Source: Eledone cirrhosa
Lineage: Eukaryota
Assembly: GCA_964016885.1 (NCBI GenBank)
Contig: OZ024741.1
Span: 196,044,001 to 196,108,000 of the forward strand
Reading direction: 5' to 3'
DNA: 64,000 bases
Positions 12,770 to 25,639 of this stretch are shown one piece after another (within the stretch, counting starts at the first letter, position 1; the number at the start of each line of letters is the position of its first letter). The translations under genes and the position numbers were made by a program. The notes under the pieces were generated by a model, which ran no database searches, had not been told where the DNA came from, and was given only the letters and a program-made list of their open reading frames with translations.

Positions 12770-13830
12770 TCCTTTGAGAGCGTACCATGATCTGTCATCT
12801 GGTGGTCCTTTAGGGAAACTAGGTGTAGAGGAATGGCTTGTAAGAGCAGTGCAAGCCATGTATAGAGAAGCTGTTGGGAAGGTGAGAGTAGGCAATAAAT
12901 TTAGTGGGGAATTCAAAGTGCAGTTATGTGTTCATCAAGGCTCAGTCCTTAGCCCATTCCTGTTCATTATAGTTCTCCAGACCATAACAAAGAAATTTAA
13001 GGCATGGGAACTTCTGTATGCCAATAACCTGGTTCTTATAGCCAAATCAGTGGAAGCACAATGTCAATCTTGGATACACAGGAGGAGTAGTGGGGTGGGA
13101 TAGCAGGCAGACTAACAGAAAAGGTAAACTTTGTATGTAGCAGGCGCACAGGGATAGTAAGTAGTAAGAGCAACAGTAAAATAAATGTTTTCCAATATCA
13201 GGAAGTCTCTATAGAAGTGGTTGATAACTTCTGCTACCTAGATGATCAAATTAGTGGGTGTGGTGCAGCTGCAGTGAGAGCATAGTAGCTAGGGCAAGGA
13301 AAATGTTCAGGATGGATAATGTTCAGGGAGCTACCATCTCTGTTAACAACAAAAGGTTTCTTTCTACGAAAGAAAGATTGACTGTATAATATCTGTGTGG
13401 AGAATGCTATATTGCATGGTTGCAAAGCATAAGCAATAAATGCAGAGGATATGTGAAGGCTAGAGAGAAGTGAAGCACGCATGCTCCAATGGATATACAA
13501 TGCTAATGTGCAATAACAACAAAGCATGGATAAGCTGCAAGAAAAACTGAAAAGAGGAATCAGACGTAATGTGTAGGAGAGAAGACTATGCTGGTAATGT
13601 GGTGCATATAGGTGAAGAAGTACCAAGAAATCCCAGTAGAAGGGAGCTACATTAAAGGGACACCAAGTAAGACCTGGGCAGAGGTTGTAAAAGCTGTTCC
13701 CAAATCACTGAAACACAGTCGAGTTGACTAAAGACTGTGACGAGTGGAGGGGTACTATGCTGGAAAAAGATCCATCCAACCCATTATGCAAGCTTAGAAA
13801 AACGTAGGTGGTGGTAATAACGATGATTAT
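12770..13830 (+). mobile_element. RTE-clade LINE, degenerate 3' part
   Basis: LGVEEWLVRAVQAMY, VHQGSVLSPFLF, WELLYANNL. Confidence 0.85.
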
Positions 13831-14766
13831 GAAAACAAGGGAAAAAAAGTGCTCACAGCTTTGTTTGACTTCGTGTATTTCTCCAGTTGATTTTATCGTT
13901 TATTTTTCTTAACTATTGACATAACAAATATCAAGAAAGCGATCGATTGTACCCAATCTCTTAACAAAAAACGTGCCTTGTAAAAAAAAAATATTGAATT
14001 CGTTTTATTAAAACATTTTTTTAAAACACAGCTGGACTTTAACTTCGGGCTAAAATATATTTTAATGACAAAATCTATATTTAATATATTTTAACTTAAT
14101 TTAGAATCGGTTCTGTTCGTAAATTCAATTATACAACAAAAGAATTTAAAAGGATTTATTAGCCTGTTGTACACAATACAAGCTTCTGATTATGAACAAG
14201 GAGTATTCAAATTAAAATAATCTTTCAAAAAGAAAGTAAAATAATCTTCATAGTTATAAAATTTCCCTTCTCAGTAACAAATCATAACAGCTGTAGTTAG
14301 ACATTTCCCAATAAGCGCAACTGGTCGTCTATTGTGACTGAAGTAAAGATTTTAGAATATACATAAGTAGTAAAACTTAGTCGGCTGTTAGTTGTAGTAG
14401 TAACTGATCTGCGCTACAAACTTCTGATTAACTGTCAGTCGAACGGATCGTTAGACGTAGCTTCCTCCAGTAGCCCTGCCCATTTTTGAGTACGGCTAAG
14501 CATTTTCGCTTGGTTAATTTAATTTCAAACCTTATTTATTTTATAAGTATTTACTCAACTATATTACCAGCTGTAGTTTCTTTATTGTAGCTTTGTATTC
14601 GATTTCATACATGCAGTCGTGGCTATATATTGACACTGCTTCTGTCTATATACATATATAGTAAGCTAGACACGCACCGGATCCAGGGAACCGCAACAAT
14701 ACGATCGCTTAACTAAAGAAGCTTCAAACATTTCTCAGCCATAATTTCGATTTTTTAACAATTTCC

Positions 14767-14856
14767 ATGATGTTCCCGGTAACTTTATTCAGCAAACAAC
14801 GTTTTATACAAGTTTTCTTTAAGAATACCAACAAGCTTCGTACTTTGTCTATCCAA
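14767..14856 (+). CDS. Probable first coding exon of phosphonopyruvate decarboxylase (mitochondrial-presequence-like peptide)
   Basis: ATG-initiated 30 codons MMFPVTLFSKQRFIQVFFKNTNKLRTLSIQ (basic/hydroxylated, no D/E) ending at a consensus donor CAA|GTAAGT in phase 0, matching the phase-0 acceptor at 60967. It lies in a repeat-free, CpG-containing island. Confidence 0.6.
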
Positions 14857-15749
14857 GTAAGTATCGCCGTTTTGTATTTTCTTTTCTTTTTTATTCGAAT
14901 TTTCAGGTTAGTATAAACATCTAACAAAAAACTGATGGGAGCCCCGACGCGGTTGTTTAATTTGCTAGAAATAGCTATCAAATCTTCTTCGTATCAAATC
15001 TAGATACACTGTGTCTAATAAAAAAGGGCTGACGGGTCACATTTGGAATACTGATCGTGGCAGATCTGAGGTCTAAACAACACCCGTTGTCACGCAAATT
15101 TCCTCTTTCTCTTTTATTACACAAACACATACATATAGTTGTCCTTAAAAAAATATTTATTAGATTGCCAGAGTAACGTTAGCACCACCTCAACCCATAA
15201 ACTCCGTTGTATGAATGGACATTAAGACAGGGTTGTGTTTTTACACAATTGAATTATTTAGAAATGCAACCATGTCTTAATATTCATATATATATATAAT
15301 ATATATAAAGAGAGAGAGAGAAAAATTCTTTGAGAAGTTCGTATGATTCTAATGAATTTTATGTTAAGAATATTTATTATAGGAATAATGAAAATATTGC
15401 GTAAATCTGCGTATAAAAAAAAAAACATCCTTATGCAACGGCGCTGGCTGAACAGATATAATCTTCAGATATACACTTTAACCGACGAAGCGATCTATTC
15501 GTAGTTGTTCGATCGGCAAGAAATAGCAGACAAATGCCCTCAAACCATAATGTTATCTTGGATATACTTTACCTGAAAAGAAAAGAAGGAAAAAAAACAA
15601 AACAAAAAATATGAATAAACCGCGACATTCATAACTGGAAAGCCCTTGTATAAAAAAAAAAACTTCCAGTTACGACGATTGCGGTTTATACGTACACACA
15701 CACAGACACACACACACAGACACACACATACATATATATGTACGTATGT

Positions 15750-15811
15750 ATAAGAAATCTTGCAAAACAAATACAAAAACGAAGTATATGTTTATGTATA
15801 TACAGTATATA

Positions 15812-15852
<41 letters not shown>

Positions 15853-15856
15853 TATG

Positions 15857-15892
<36 letters not shown>

Positions 15893-16905
15893 CATAATAT
15901 ACATATATATATATATATATATAAATATATATACTGAAAACTTATTGAAACAGATTTGGTTATACTTTGGGAGAGTCATGCTGCCAATAAATCACAAGGA
16001 CCTGTTGGTTTTCACTTCAATTTATTACAATTTTACGATTGGTTGGTTCAATAACCGGATAGTTGTTTATTTATTGTCAAAGCTCTTTCGCCACGCATTC
16101 TATGACCTCCTCAGTGATTGATTGTGATGTGGGTCACCATTATTTAGCGAATCGATGTATTCTTTGCAGGATGAATGATAACAAGAATGATGCAAGAATT
16201 GTGATGTTGACAATGTTTATTTTATAATAACAAAATTCACTTGTTGGTACATCGAATAAAATCGTGACAGTAATTATCACTACATTAATTTCATACTAGC
16301 TACTTCGAGCTAGCATGTATGCATGTATCAAATAAAACGATACAGTAGAAGTTGTGTTATACTTTTCAGTAGTAGAGAAATAACAAGGAAGGCTAAAGGA
16401 TAGATAAGTGTATAAGGGAACAATATAAGGAAACCTACTGTGTGTGTGTGTGTGTTTATCCTTAGCATACGTTGTTCCTGTAGTTGGTCAGTCTGTTTAG
16501 CTTGGTAGTTGTGAGAGAATAGTAGATAGAAAACTGATTCGGGAAGCGATATTCATAGTGTTAGTAGAACGTCCTTCTGTAATATGTTATCACTATCTCT
16601 GCTGGTGTAGTCTGTGGCCGAGAAGGTGAGAGCTTGTAAGGCCAGCAGAGAGAAAGAGAGAGAGAGTAAAAGGTCTGTAGACCCTAATGGGTCTGTAGAA
16701 AGTGAATGTGTTACATTGTTATTCTCTCAAGGACTACTGCTTCGTACCCTCTGGTTCGGTTCTCCAAGCGATTGTATTTATAATAATACCATAGCTAGAA
16801 GGATATGTAAATGGTTTGATTTAGGAGTAGCCATGTGTATTTCATCTGTCAAGTGTCTGGGGTCACAGGTCAAGTGGTATATACGTTTATCATAGTTGTC
16901 TTTTG
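15750..16905 (-). mobile_element. Penelope-like element 3' region (hammerhead-bearing family also seen at 6060-6360, 33335-34035, 47650-48440, 63425-64000)
   Basis: Shared terminal sequence TTTGGGAG(G/A)GTCATG(C/T)TGCCAATAA and a hammerhead at 16077-16117; interrupted by (TA)n. Confidence 0.6.
16077..16117 (-). ncRNA. Type I hammerhead ribozyme (minimal stem III)
   Basis: Minus strand: tca-CTGAGGA-g-gtcat agaatgc gtggc-GAAA-gagc-TT^tga; stem I tca/tga, stem II 5 bp with G-U pairs. Confidence 0.75.
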
Positions 16906-16911
16906 ACAGGA

Positions 16912-18727
16912 CATCATCATCATCATCATCACCGTTTTACGTCCGTTCTTCCACGCTAGCATGGGTTAGACGGGTTGTCCTGTTGTGGGCAGTGTCTGGT
17001 CGGCTGGCCATGCCTTGCTCATACAGGAACTGATCTGGCTAGATTTCTACAGCTGGATGCCCTTCCTAACACCAACCTCATTTACAGTGAGTGCTGGGTG
17101 CTTTTTCCGTGGCGCCTACACGTCCACTTTACAGTGTGGGCTGGGTGCTTTTTTGCCGTGGCACCTCCACGACCACCTTGCGGTGGGGGTTGTGGGGGCA
17201 TATTGTTTATATGCTTCAGCATGTACCCATGGGAGGTCGGGTACTCTGTATTACTGCGTGACGCCAGAGGTCACGGTCGTGTGTCATTGTCTTTGAGAGG
17301 TGTAATTGGGTAAGGTCGGCTTTTATCACCTCATCCCAGGTCATCTTGGGTCTCCCCACTCCGCGGTTTCCATCAACTTCTAGTGCTCTGCACCTTTTTA
17401 TGCAGCTGTCATCCTTCATACGCATCACATGTCCATACCAGCGCAACCGCCTCTCCTGCACACAGCATTTGATTCCTCTTATGCTCAGTCTCTCTCTCAA
17501 TTCATTTATGCTTTGTCGTTCACGTATATTACTGTTACACATCCATCGGAGCATGCAGGCTTCGTTTCTTTCTAATCTACGTAAGTCTTCCACCTTCAGC
17601 GCCCAGGTCTCACTACCATGTAACATCGCTGTTCGGATACACGCATCATACAGTCTGCCTTTCATTCTGAGGGAGAAGCCTTTTGCAGCTAGCAGTGGTA
17701 GTAGTTCCCTAAACTTCTTCCATCCCGTTCTTACCCTAGTTTTTGTACTTTCTGAACACCCACCTCCGTTGCTAATTCGGTCACCTAGGTAGCAGAAGCT
17801 GTCTACTGTTTCTACAGGGCCCTCCCAGAGATTGGTGGTACTTGTTTCCTGTGGCTGTTGCTGCTTGCTGTTTCAGCACAGCTGCTTCATGTGAATCCTA
17901 CATTCTTAATTAAGCTTCCTGAGATCCCGCTACATCTCTTGTGTACCCATTGTTTGCATTTGGGGCAGAGAATGGAGTTCCTACCTACACCTTTCCTACA
18001 TACTGAGCAAGGCCATTTCCCTGAGGGGATCTGGGTTCTGTTTTCTCGTCTACTTACAAGGACCTTAGTCTTTGTCAGGTTGACTTTGAGACCCTTTCTC
18101 TCTAGTCCCTGCTTCCAGGTTTGGAATTTAATAGTTCTACCATAGATTCAGCTATGAGTGCGAGGTCATCAGCATACAGGAGTTCCCATGGGCATCCGGT
18201 CTTAAACTCCTCCGTTATTGCCTGCAGGACTATGATGAACAGGAGAGGGCTAAGAACAGAGCCCTGGTGGACCCCAACCTGTACGCTAAATTCCTCGCTA
18301 TACTCATCGCTAATCCTAACTTTGCTGACTGCTCCCCTATACATGGCTTGTACCGCTTTCACAAGCCATTCATCTACTCCTAGTTTTCTAAGAGCCCACC
18401 AGATTACAGCACGTGGAACTCTGTCAAAGGCTTTCTCAAGGTCGACAAATGCCAAGTAGAGTGGCTTACTTTTAGCTAGGTACTTTTCCTGTAATTGCCT
18501 CACAAGGAAGAGGGCATCAGTGGTGCCTCTTCCTGGTACAAACCCAAATTGCATCTCGTCTATATTCACCCGGTCCCTAATCAGCTGTGCTATAACTCTT
18601 TCTGTTACTTTCATGACCTGGTCCATCAACTTTATACCTCTATAGTTTCCTCTATCTAGTGCATCGCCTTTACCTTTGTAGCAGTTGACAATGATGCTAC
18701 TGCACCAATCTTTTGGTATGGCCCCTT
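16912..18727 (-). mobile_element. RTE-clade LINE, 5'-truncated, well preserved
   Basis: ORFs 18102-18755 (NYRGIKLMDQ, FVDLEKAFDRV, GVHQGSVLSPLLF, LLYADDL) and 17216-17665 (AMLHGSETW, RRLRWYGHVMR, GRPKMTW); (GAT)n tail. Confidence 0.95.
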
Positions 18728-19079
18728 CTAGGACAATGGTAAGAATTCCTAACAATAGGTGGTTTTAGCGGTGAGAACTTAGATTTGGTTTCGAATCTTC
18801 ACCAGGTAAAACATAGTAGAATTCTGTTATATCTTCCTCAGTGATTGATTTGTTATTTTGTGTCTCTCCTTTGTTCTGTCCTACACCATCTTGTTTTGTG
18901 ACAACACACAAAAACTATATGACAAGCAAATTCGAATTTGACAAGCAGCACTCACATTTCTACTGTTTCCATAGGCTTGTATGCCCAACCTTTTCATAGT
19001 TAAAAACATGTGTTGAAGCTGTTAATTTTAAGATAGCATAAATTCAAAACATATACATGAATATATGCATATATATATA

Positions 19080-20364
19080 CACGGTGGTATCAAAAAGTTC
19101 CCAGACTAGTTATGTTTAAAAAAAGCTAATATAGTTTTAACATCATTTCCTTTGAAATAGTACCTTGCGCAGCTATAAACTGGTCCCAGTGTTCCTACCA
19201 CTTTTGGAATCCGGCCTGTAAGTTGTCTTCCATAATTCACTTTGGATCTCGGCAATGGTGTTAAAATGGCGACCTTTGAATTGCATTTTCAGCTTGTAGA
19301 AGAGATAGAAGTCTGCAGGTGCTAAATCTAGCAAATATGGAGTGTGTTGAAGCGATACACTGTTGTTTTTAGTGAGAAACTCACTGGGAAGAGCTCGGTG
19401 ACAGGGTGCATTGTCATTGTAAAGAATCCAATTCTTCGCACTCCACAGATCTGGTCGCTTTTGCCGAATGTCCTCCCTCAAATACCTCAAAACATTGCAG
19501 TAAAACTTTCGATTGACGGTCTGGCCCTGGGGTACAAATTCTCAATGCACAACACTGTGGATGTTGAAAAAAATTGATGAGCATGCTCTTAATCGAACTG
19601 CAGCTCTGTCATACTTTCTTCAGTTGTGGAGATGAAGGGCGTTTCCACTGTGTCAACTGCTACTTCGTCTCAGGGTCATACCGATAGACCCAACTCTCGT
19701 CACAGAAGATGATCCTTGACATGAAGGATGGGCCATCAGCGGCACACTGACGGAGGTCTTGACAGACTACAACGCAATGATCTTTCTGCTCAGTTGTCAG
19801 CAAGCAGGGGACAAACTTGACAGCAACACGCCTCATGTTCAATTCAGATGTTAGGATTGCCTGCATGGACCCATATGACAGACCAACAACATCAGCAATA
19901 TCATTGAGTGTCTTCTGATGATCCTCATGCACCAGCTGATTAATCTTCTCCACATTTCTGGCGGTGATGTTTGTGGCAAGTCTTCCAGATTGTTTTTCAT
20001 CTTCCAGAAAGGTTTCCCTCTTTTGAAGCGCCCATGCCACTTGGAACATTGTGTACGATCCATTGCCTTGTCACTGTTAGCTTGCTAAAGCATGTTCAAT
20101 GTCTCTGTAGCAGACTTCCCAAGTTGAACACAAAATTTCATGTTGGCTCTTTGCTCCAACTTCCTGTTCATGACAAAACTGCAGGCTGCAGCATACACGT
20201 GATCACAAAACACAAATTTCACGACTTACGAAGAGAACACAACAATGTCACTCAGCACACTAGCACATGAAGGTCACTGCTAGCTCTCACTGTATGCACA
20301 ACTATGTGTTGCCAACTGTTGGCATGCTACAGAATGAGTCCAGAAAGCTTTTGATTCCACCTCA
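19080..20364 (-). mobile_element. Tc1/mariner (mariner-type) DNA transposon with pseudogenised transposase
   Basis: Imperfect TIRs CACGGTGGTATCAAAAAGTTCCCAGACT / TGAGGTGGAATCAAAAGCTTTCTGGACT flanked by TA; motifs KFVPCLL, CDESWVYRYDPETK, NDNAPCH, PYLLDLAPADFYLF. Confidence 0.92.
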
Positions 20365-20374
20365 TATATATATA

Positions 20375-20570
20375 TATGTATGTAAAAGGTAAACAGAAAT
20401 AACAACACAATCAGTACAATATATGGAAGGGATATATTAGGTTAATGCTTGATATAGCAGGAAGATGGTCTTAATGTTTTGGACGCTAGTCCTTCATCAG
20501 AAGAAAGAATAAGAAATAAGATAGATTGAGGGGACGGTGGGATGGAATAGGAAAAAATGTCTTTAGATAA
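20375..20570 (-). mobile_element. Copy of the 5750-6023 hammerhead-bearing repeat family (another copy at ~12260-12415)
   Basis: Minus strand 20469-20504: tctt-CTGATGA-a-ggac tagc gtcc-AAAA-ca-TT-aaga (intact stem II, core G mutated); flanks match 5895-6023. Confidence 0.75.
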
Positions 20571-21005
20571 AAATAACAGGTCCATTCATGTTGACATCTC
20601 TTGCAAAACTGCCAGCGCTGTCGTTTTGTGTATGATTTATTTTTTAGAAAAGTGGATGATGGAAGGTGTCTACCTGAAATGGAATAGCAGAGTAACCTGT
20701 TGTTGCTAGGCAATTTTCACCCTAGAGTGACTTTCTTTCAATTATTTTATTCCATATCAGACCATGTCTCCCCCATGATTTCATCTCCCATTACTTATTC
20801 CTGTAACCCATTCCCCATGAATCGTCAATCATCCCCAAGGTGGTTTCTATGGAAATTTACTCAGTTGAGCTGTATGTTGAAGTGGTATCAGTGGCTTGTT
20901 GTGTACTTTAGTGTGAGCATCTTTATATAAACATCAGGTGATCTCTGAGGACATTTCTCTGCTTTATAGTGAAAACAATGTGTGTTTGTATGTATATAAA
21001 TAAAT

Positions 21006-21348
21006 CATCATTTTCATCATCATCATTTCATTTTACATCCGCTTTTCCCTGCTTGCAAGGGTGGGACGGGAACTGATTCTGGCTTGATTTCTACAGCTGG
21101 ATGCCCTTCCTAACACCAACCTCATTTACAGTGAGTGCTGGGTGCTTTTTTGCCGTGGCACCTCCACGACCACTTTACAGTGGAATGATAGGGACCCCAA
21201 TCCCTATCATCTCATTTCTACAGCTGAGTAAACTGGAGCAATGTGAAATAAAGTGTCTTGCTCAAGGAAACAACACATCACCCGGTCTGAGAATTGAACT
21301 CACAACCTTTCGATTGCAAGGCCAATGCTCTAACCACTAAGCCATGTG
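21006..21348 (-). mobile_element. tRNA-derived CORE-type SINE (family B) with RTE-derived tail
   Basis: Head GGCACATGGCTTAGTGGTTAGAGC...GAGTTCAATTC; CORE-like CCTTGAGCAAGACACTT...CAGTTTACTCAGCTGTAGAAATG; 3' part shared with the RTE 3'UTR; (GAT)n tail. Confidence 0.88.
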
Positions 21349-21416
21349 CCTCCAAATGTATGCAAAAAGTGAAGAGAAGCAACAATACAGTACAAAGAAG
21401 AAATATATTAGTTTAA

Positions 21417-22053
21417 TCTTCTATATATATAAAGCTGTGGTTGTCTGTCTGTCTATCGATTTTTGGCACACATCTCCTCTTAGAATCTCTGACGGAATTG
21501 CACCGAAATTGCTATACTTGTACATTGAGCCCTAGCGAAGACATCGGAAAAAAATATTTCAAATTGACCCACCCTGTGTGACGAAATCGAATCTAATGTA
21601 TCGATTTTTGAGCGTAAGTGACGAGTTATTTCCCTTTGTTCTGTTTACATTTTCTGCGTGCAAAAATTAAAAAAATTACGCTGGCTTTCTCAGCGTTTAA
21701 AATGACATTAACACAATACACGAACAGTTGTCGAGCCAGCAAAATTTTGACCTGCAAAATTCATCAGTTCGAACACTAAGCTTCCGTTTTGCTTCATTTC
21801 CATTTAAAAGCCTTTTAAAACAATATTTTTACTTGAAAACAAGTCTATTTAAAGACTACGTAAAACAAGCAAATATTTCGTAAAAAAAAGCAAAAATTAT
21901 ATAAGTTTATTTAAAATATATGTATCTGTAAATTTCGTTAGGCGTGCAGACAGACAGTCGTGCAGACAGACTTTAAGCCAAAAAAGAAACTTAACATTGT
22001 AACTTTAGCACAGCTACTGAGCGACCCCGAGCAACGCCGGGCTTTACTGCTAG
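21417..22053 (+). mobile_element. Non-autonomous Helitron
   Basis: 5' TC(TTCTATATATATAAAG) after an A; internal (TGTC)n; subterminal hairpin CCCG-agcaacgc-CGGG; 3' CTAG followed by T; no TSD. It splits a host repeat (tattagtttaa|tacttaatatag). Confidence 0.8.
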
Positions 22054-22229
22054 TACTTAATATAGAAGGAAAAGCATCAGACATTAGTCCTTAATCAGAA
22101 GATAGAGTAAAAAATAAAAGTAGAAATAGAAATATAGAGAGTGAGAAGAAGAAGGATTGGAAAAACGTTTTTTGGAGAAAGGCACAATTATGTTCTGTCA
22201 GCCATATGGGTATGTGTGAGTGTGTATAC

Positions 22230-22277
<48 letters not shown>

Positions 22278-22919
22278 TTGGCAAGACATTAAACTGCATC
22301 CAGTGGTGAGGCTCCAGTTCAATCATTTTGGGGTTCTGAGGAGTATGGCATTACCCCCTTGTCAACATTACTCCCAAGTCTGCTTTGGTCTGTGGCAGTA
22401 GTACTTGTCAGGGTCCAACCTAACAATTAAATAGTCTTAGTGGCAAGGCTCATCATTCTAAGACCCTGAATCTACCGACATGTTACCCATCCTGATTAAC
22501 TGCCCCCATGCCTTTGAGGAATTTTTTTGAGCCAGAGGCTAGGAGAAGGACACTCTGATGTAAAACCTACAACCCGAGGGCTTCGCTGTCACCGTCCCAG
22601 CTTGCTAGGCCTGAACAGATGAACCCAAGGTGTGAAGGGTGGGATCAGTTCAGCCCACACTGCACTTCACCTAAAACTTAAAGGACATGTCCACGACCAC
22701 CAACCTCTTCAAGCCAGCAATGGGAAAGAGGCGAAAATGGTAGGGGTAAGATAATACTAGAAGCCATAGTCACAATCCTGCATGCAGGCGGTTTAGGGGT
22801 TTGGTCATCTGATGTTGACTTGAAGATGGCAACATCGTTTGCACACCCTGAACGACCAAGCAGCCTTGTCTAGGGACAGCACTGCTTGCTCCACATGGAG
22901 AGGGGTCTAAAAAAGGTGG

Positions 22920-24665
22920 CCTAAACAAAGCTTGTCTCCTACACCCCCAGTTGGCGAACAGCAGTCAACAGGCATCTTCTCATGCAGTCAAAAAACATCA
23001 AGGAAGAAAAGGTACACATCTACCTGCAAGGGTGTGAATGGACTCAAAATCACATACTGGAACATAAGAACCATGCTAGACACAGTCAACAACAGTTGTC
23101 TGGGACGTCAATCTTCTCTAATTGCACACAAGCTGTCAAGACTGAATGTTGACATCGCTGCTCTTAGTGAAGTCTGCTTTCCAAATGAAGGCAGCCTACA
23201 AGATACACTCTCTACTGGTCAGCAGCAGAGAGATGCCTTTCAGGAGTGGGCTTCATGGTTAAGAACTCTATCACTTCCAAACTTGAAAACCTTCCAACAG
23301 GTAATTCTGACATCATCTCTACGCACCTCTCACTGAGTAATCAACAATATGCCACACTCTTCAGTGTGTACTTCCCAACTGTTCAAGCAGGTTCTGCAGA
23401 AAAGAACAAGTTTTACTCTGACCTGCACATTCTCTTACAGGGCATCCCTATGGATGACAAAGTCATAATCCTTGGCAATTTTAATGCCAGAGTGGGCCGA
23501 GATTCTGTAACACAGGGGGAAGTGCTTGCGAGACATGATGTTGGTAACTGCAATGACAATGGATGTGCAGAACATCAACTTGTCATCACAAACACCATCT
23601 TCCAGCAGAAAATCAGTTTGAAAACAACTTGGATGTATCCTCATTCCAAACACTGGCACTTCATTGATTATATCCTAGTTCACCTGTGTGACCTGAAAGA
23701 GATCTTGCATACTAGAGTGATGCTCAGTGCAGAATGTAACACTGACCATCGTTTCATACGCTGCAAACTCAAGCTCCACTTTAAACCCAAATCAAGGTTA
23801 GCAGTTTATAGTCAGTTGAAGTGAAGGCTGACTTCCAGGCTGCTCTTCAGTTGAGGCTTGAAGATGCAATCATTCCCACAGATCTCTCTCATGAAACACT
23901 TTGGGAACATCTGAAAAATGTCATTCTGCAGACATCTGGGGAAGTCCTTGGGTTCACGTCAAAGAGGATCAAAGACTGGTTTGATGAAAACAACAAAGAA
24001 GTTCAAGAATTGCTGATGAAGAAAATTCCACCCACCAGGCTCACTTAACTCAGCCATCTTGTCCTGTGGAGAAATCTGCATTCCATCTTATATGCAGTAA
24101 CTTCCATTGTAAGCTTTGAGAGCTCCAGAACAAGTGGTGGACCAAACTTGCTGAGAGAACTCAGTTGTGCACAGACACCAGAAGCATTAAGGGCTTCTAC
24201 AAAGTCTTAAAGGTTGTATATGGCCCTACATATCAGGTCCAGAGTCCTTTGTGCAGTGCAGACGACCAAGCTCTCCTCATAGACAGAGCTTCCATCTTAA
24301 GCCATTGGTCAGAACATTTCCAGGCATCTTCAGCGATAACCATATTGTCCAGAAATCTGCAATTCCCTGCATTCCCTAACAACCAGTAAAAATGAAGCTG
24401 GATGCATTGCCCACCATTGAAGAGACCACCAAAGCCATAGAGCAGTAAGAAGTGGCAAAGCAGCAGGAGTCAACAGGATTCCACCTAAGATTTGGAAGGA
24501 TGGGGACACAGCACCACACATGAAACTCCACACATGAAACTCCATATATGTATGTTGCTGGGAGCAGGGCAATCTGTCACAAAATCTCTGCGATGCAGTC
24601 ATCATCACCCTGTACAAGAACAAAGAGGAAAAATCAGACTGCTCAAATTATTGGAGGTCTGACTT
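22920..24665 (+). mobile_element. RTE/BovB-like LINE, degenerate endonuclease and start of RT
   Basis: LKITYWNIRTML, DIAALSEV, ILGNFNARVG, KTTWMYPHSKHWHFIDYIL, TDHRFI. Confidence 0.9.
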
Positions 24666-25639
24666 TTCCTCTTTTTTCTTATCCAACCATCTTTCTCGAG
24701 GTCTACCCCTGGGTCTCCTGTCGGTTGGTTTTGTCCATAAAATCTGTCCAGCAATTCTTTCCTGAGACATTCTAACCACATGTCCATAGTATCAGAGCTG
24801 TGATCTCTCAATTCGGAGACTCTCTGATCTCTGAGCTACGCACTCTATTGAGTAACATTACTCCAAAGACCCTTTGGAGGAACCCCATTTCGGCCACTTG
24901 TATTTGCAATCGCATTCTTTCGGTCATTAACCATGAGTTATGACAATAGGTTTACGGTTGGCACAAAAACCAAATTGAAGATAGTGAGTTTGGCTTTTAC
25001 GCCTACCTCCCTTTTTCTGATTACTCAGCGCTGTCTTACTTAAGAGAGGGTCACAGGTGGTGAATAGCAATACGACCACCAAATATGATGGCTAGTTGCG
25101 ATATAAGTGGGCAACTGCTGGATGAATAAGCAACCCTGAACTAATAGCGGTAAACTACTAGGGGAGATAGAAAAATTGGTGACACATGTAGCTCCCCAAA
25201 AAACTCTCACAACCTAGTGACGTAGCTTCAACAAAGCGAGTAAAGGTTGCCTCTAAAAAAGCCTAGTCTTTGTGGGTATAACAAAGTACCAGGTTGGTGA
25301 CTGGTGCAAATAAGACCACTGAAACTCAAACATGCCAAGGAAACCAAAAACGAACCATATGGCATCGTCTTTCATGCAGGATAACAAGGGACATGTTCAG
25401 GCCTTAGGTAGAGGTGCCTGTTCGAAAAATATATTGCAGTCTCTATTTCATGCTGCAAAAACTAGGGCCTGGGTGGCGAAGGAATGGATGCACAAAGTTT
25501 GTATATCTTGAGACCCCCAAAGAGGGTTCAGAAGGGAGCAAACCTTAACAGTTGGAACCTGGAACATCACAACCTTTACAGGTAAGAAGCAGGAACTAGT
25601 GGTGATGTTCCTATACTCGTCCATTGATGTAGATTTTGC

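Noticed and set aside
15430-15600. Strong minus-strand splice-acceptor-like tract at ~15573
   Set aside because: All frames stop within ~11 codons and no partner exon was found.
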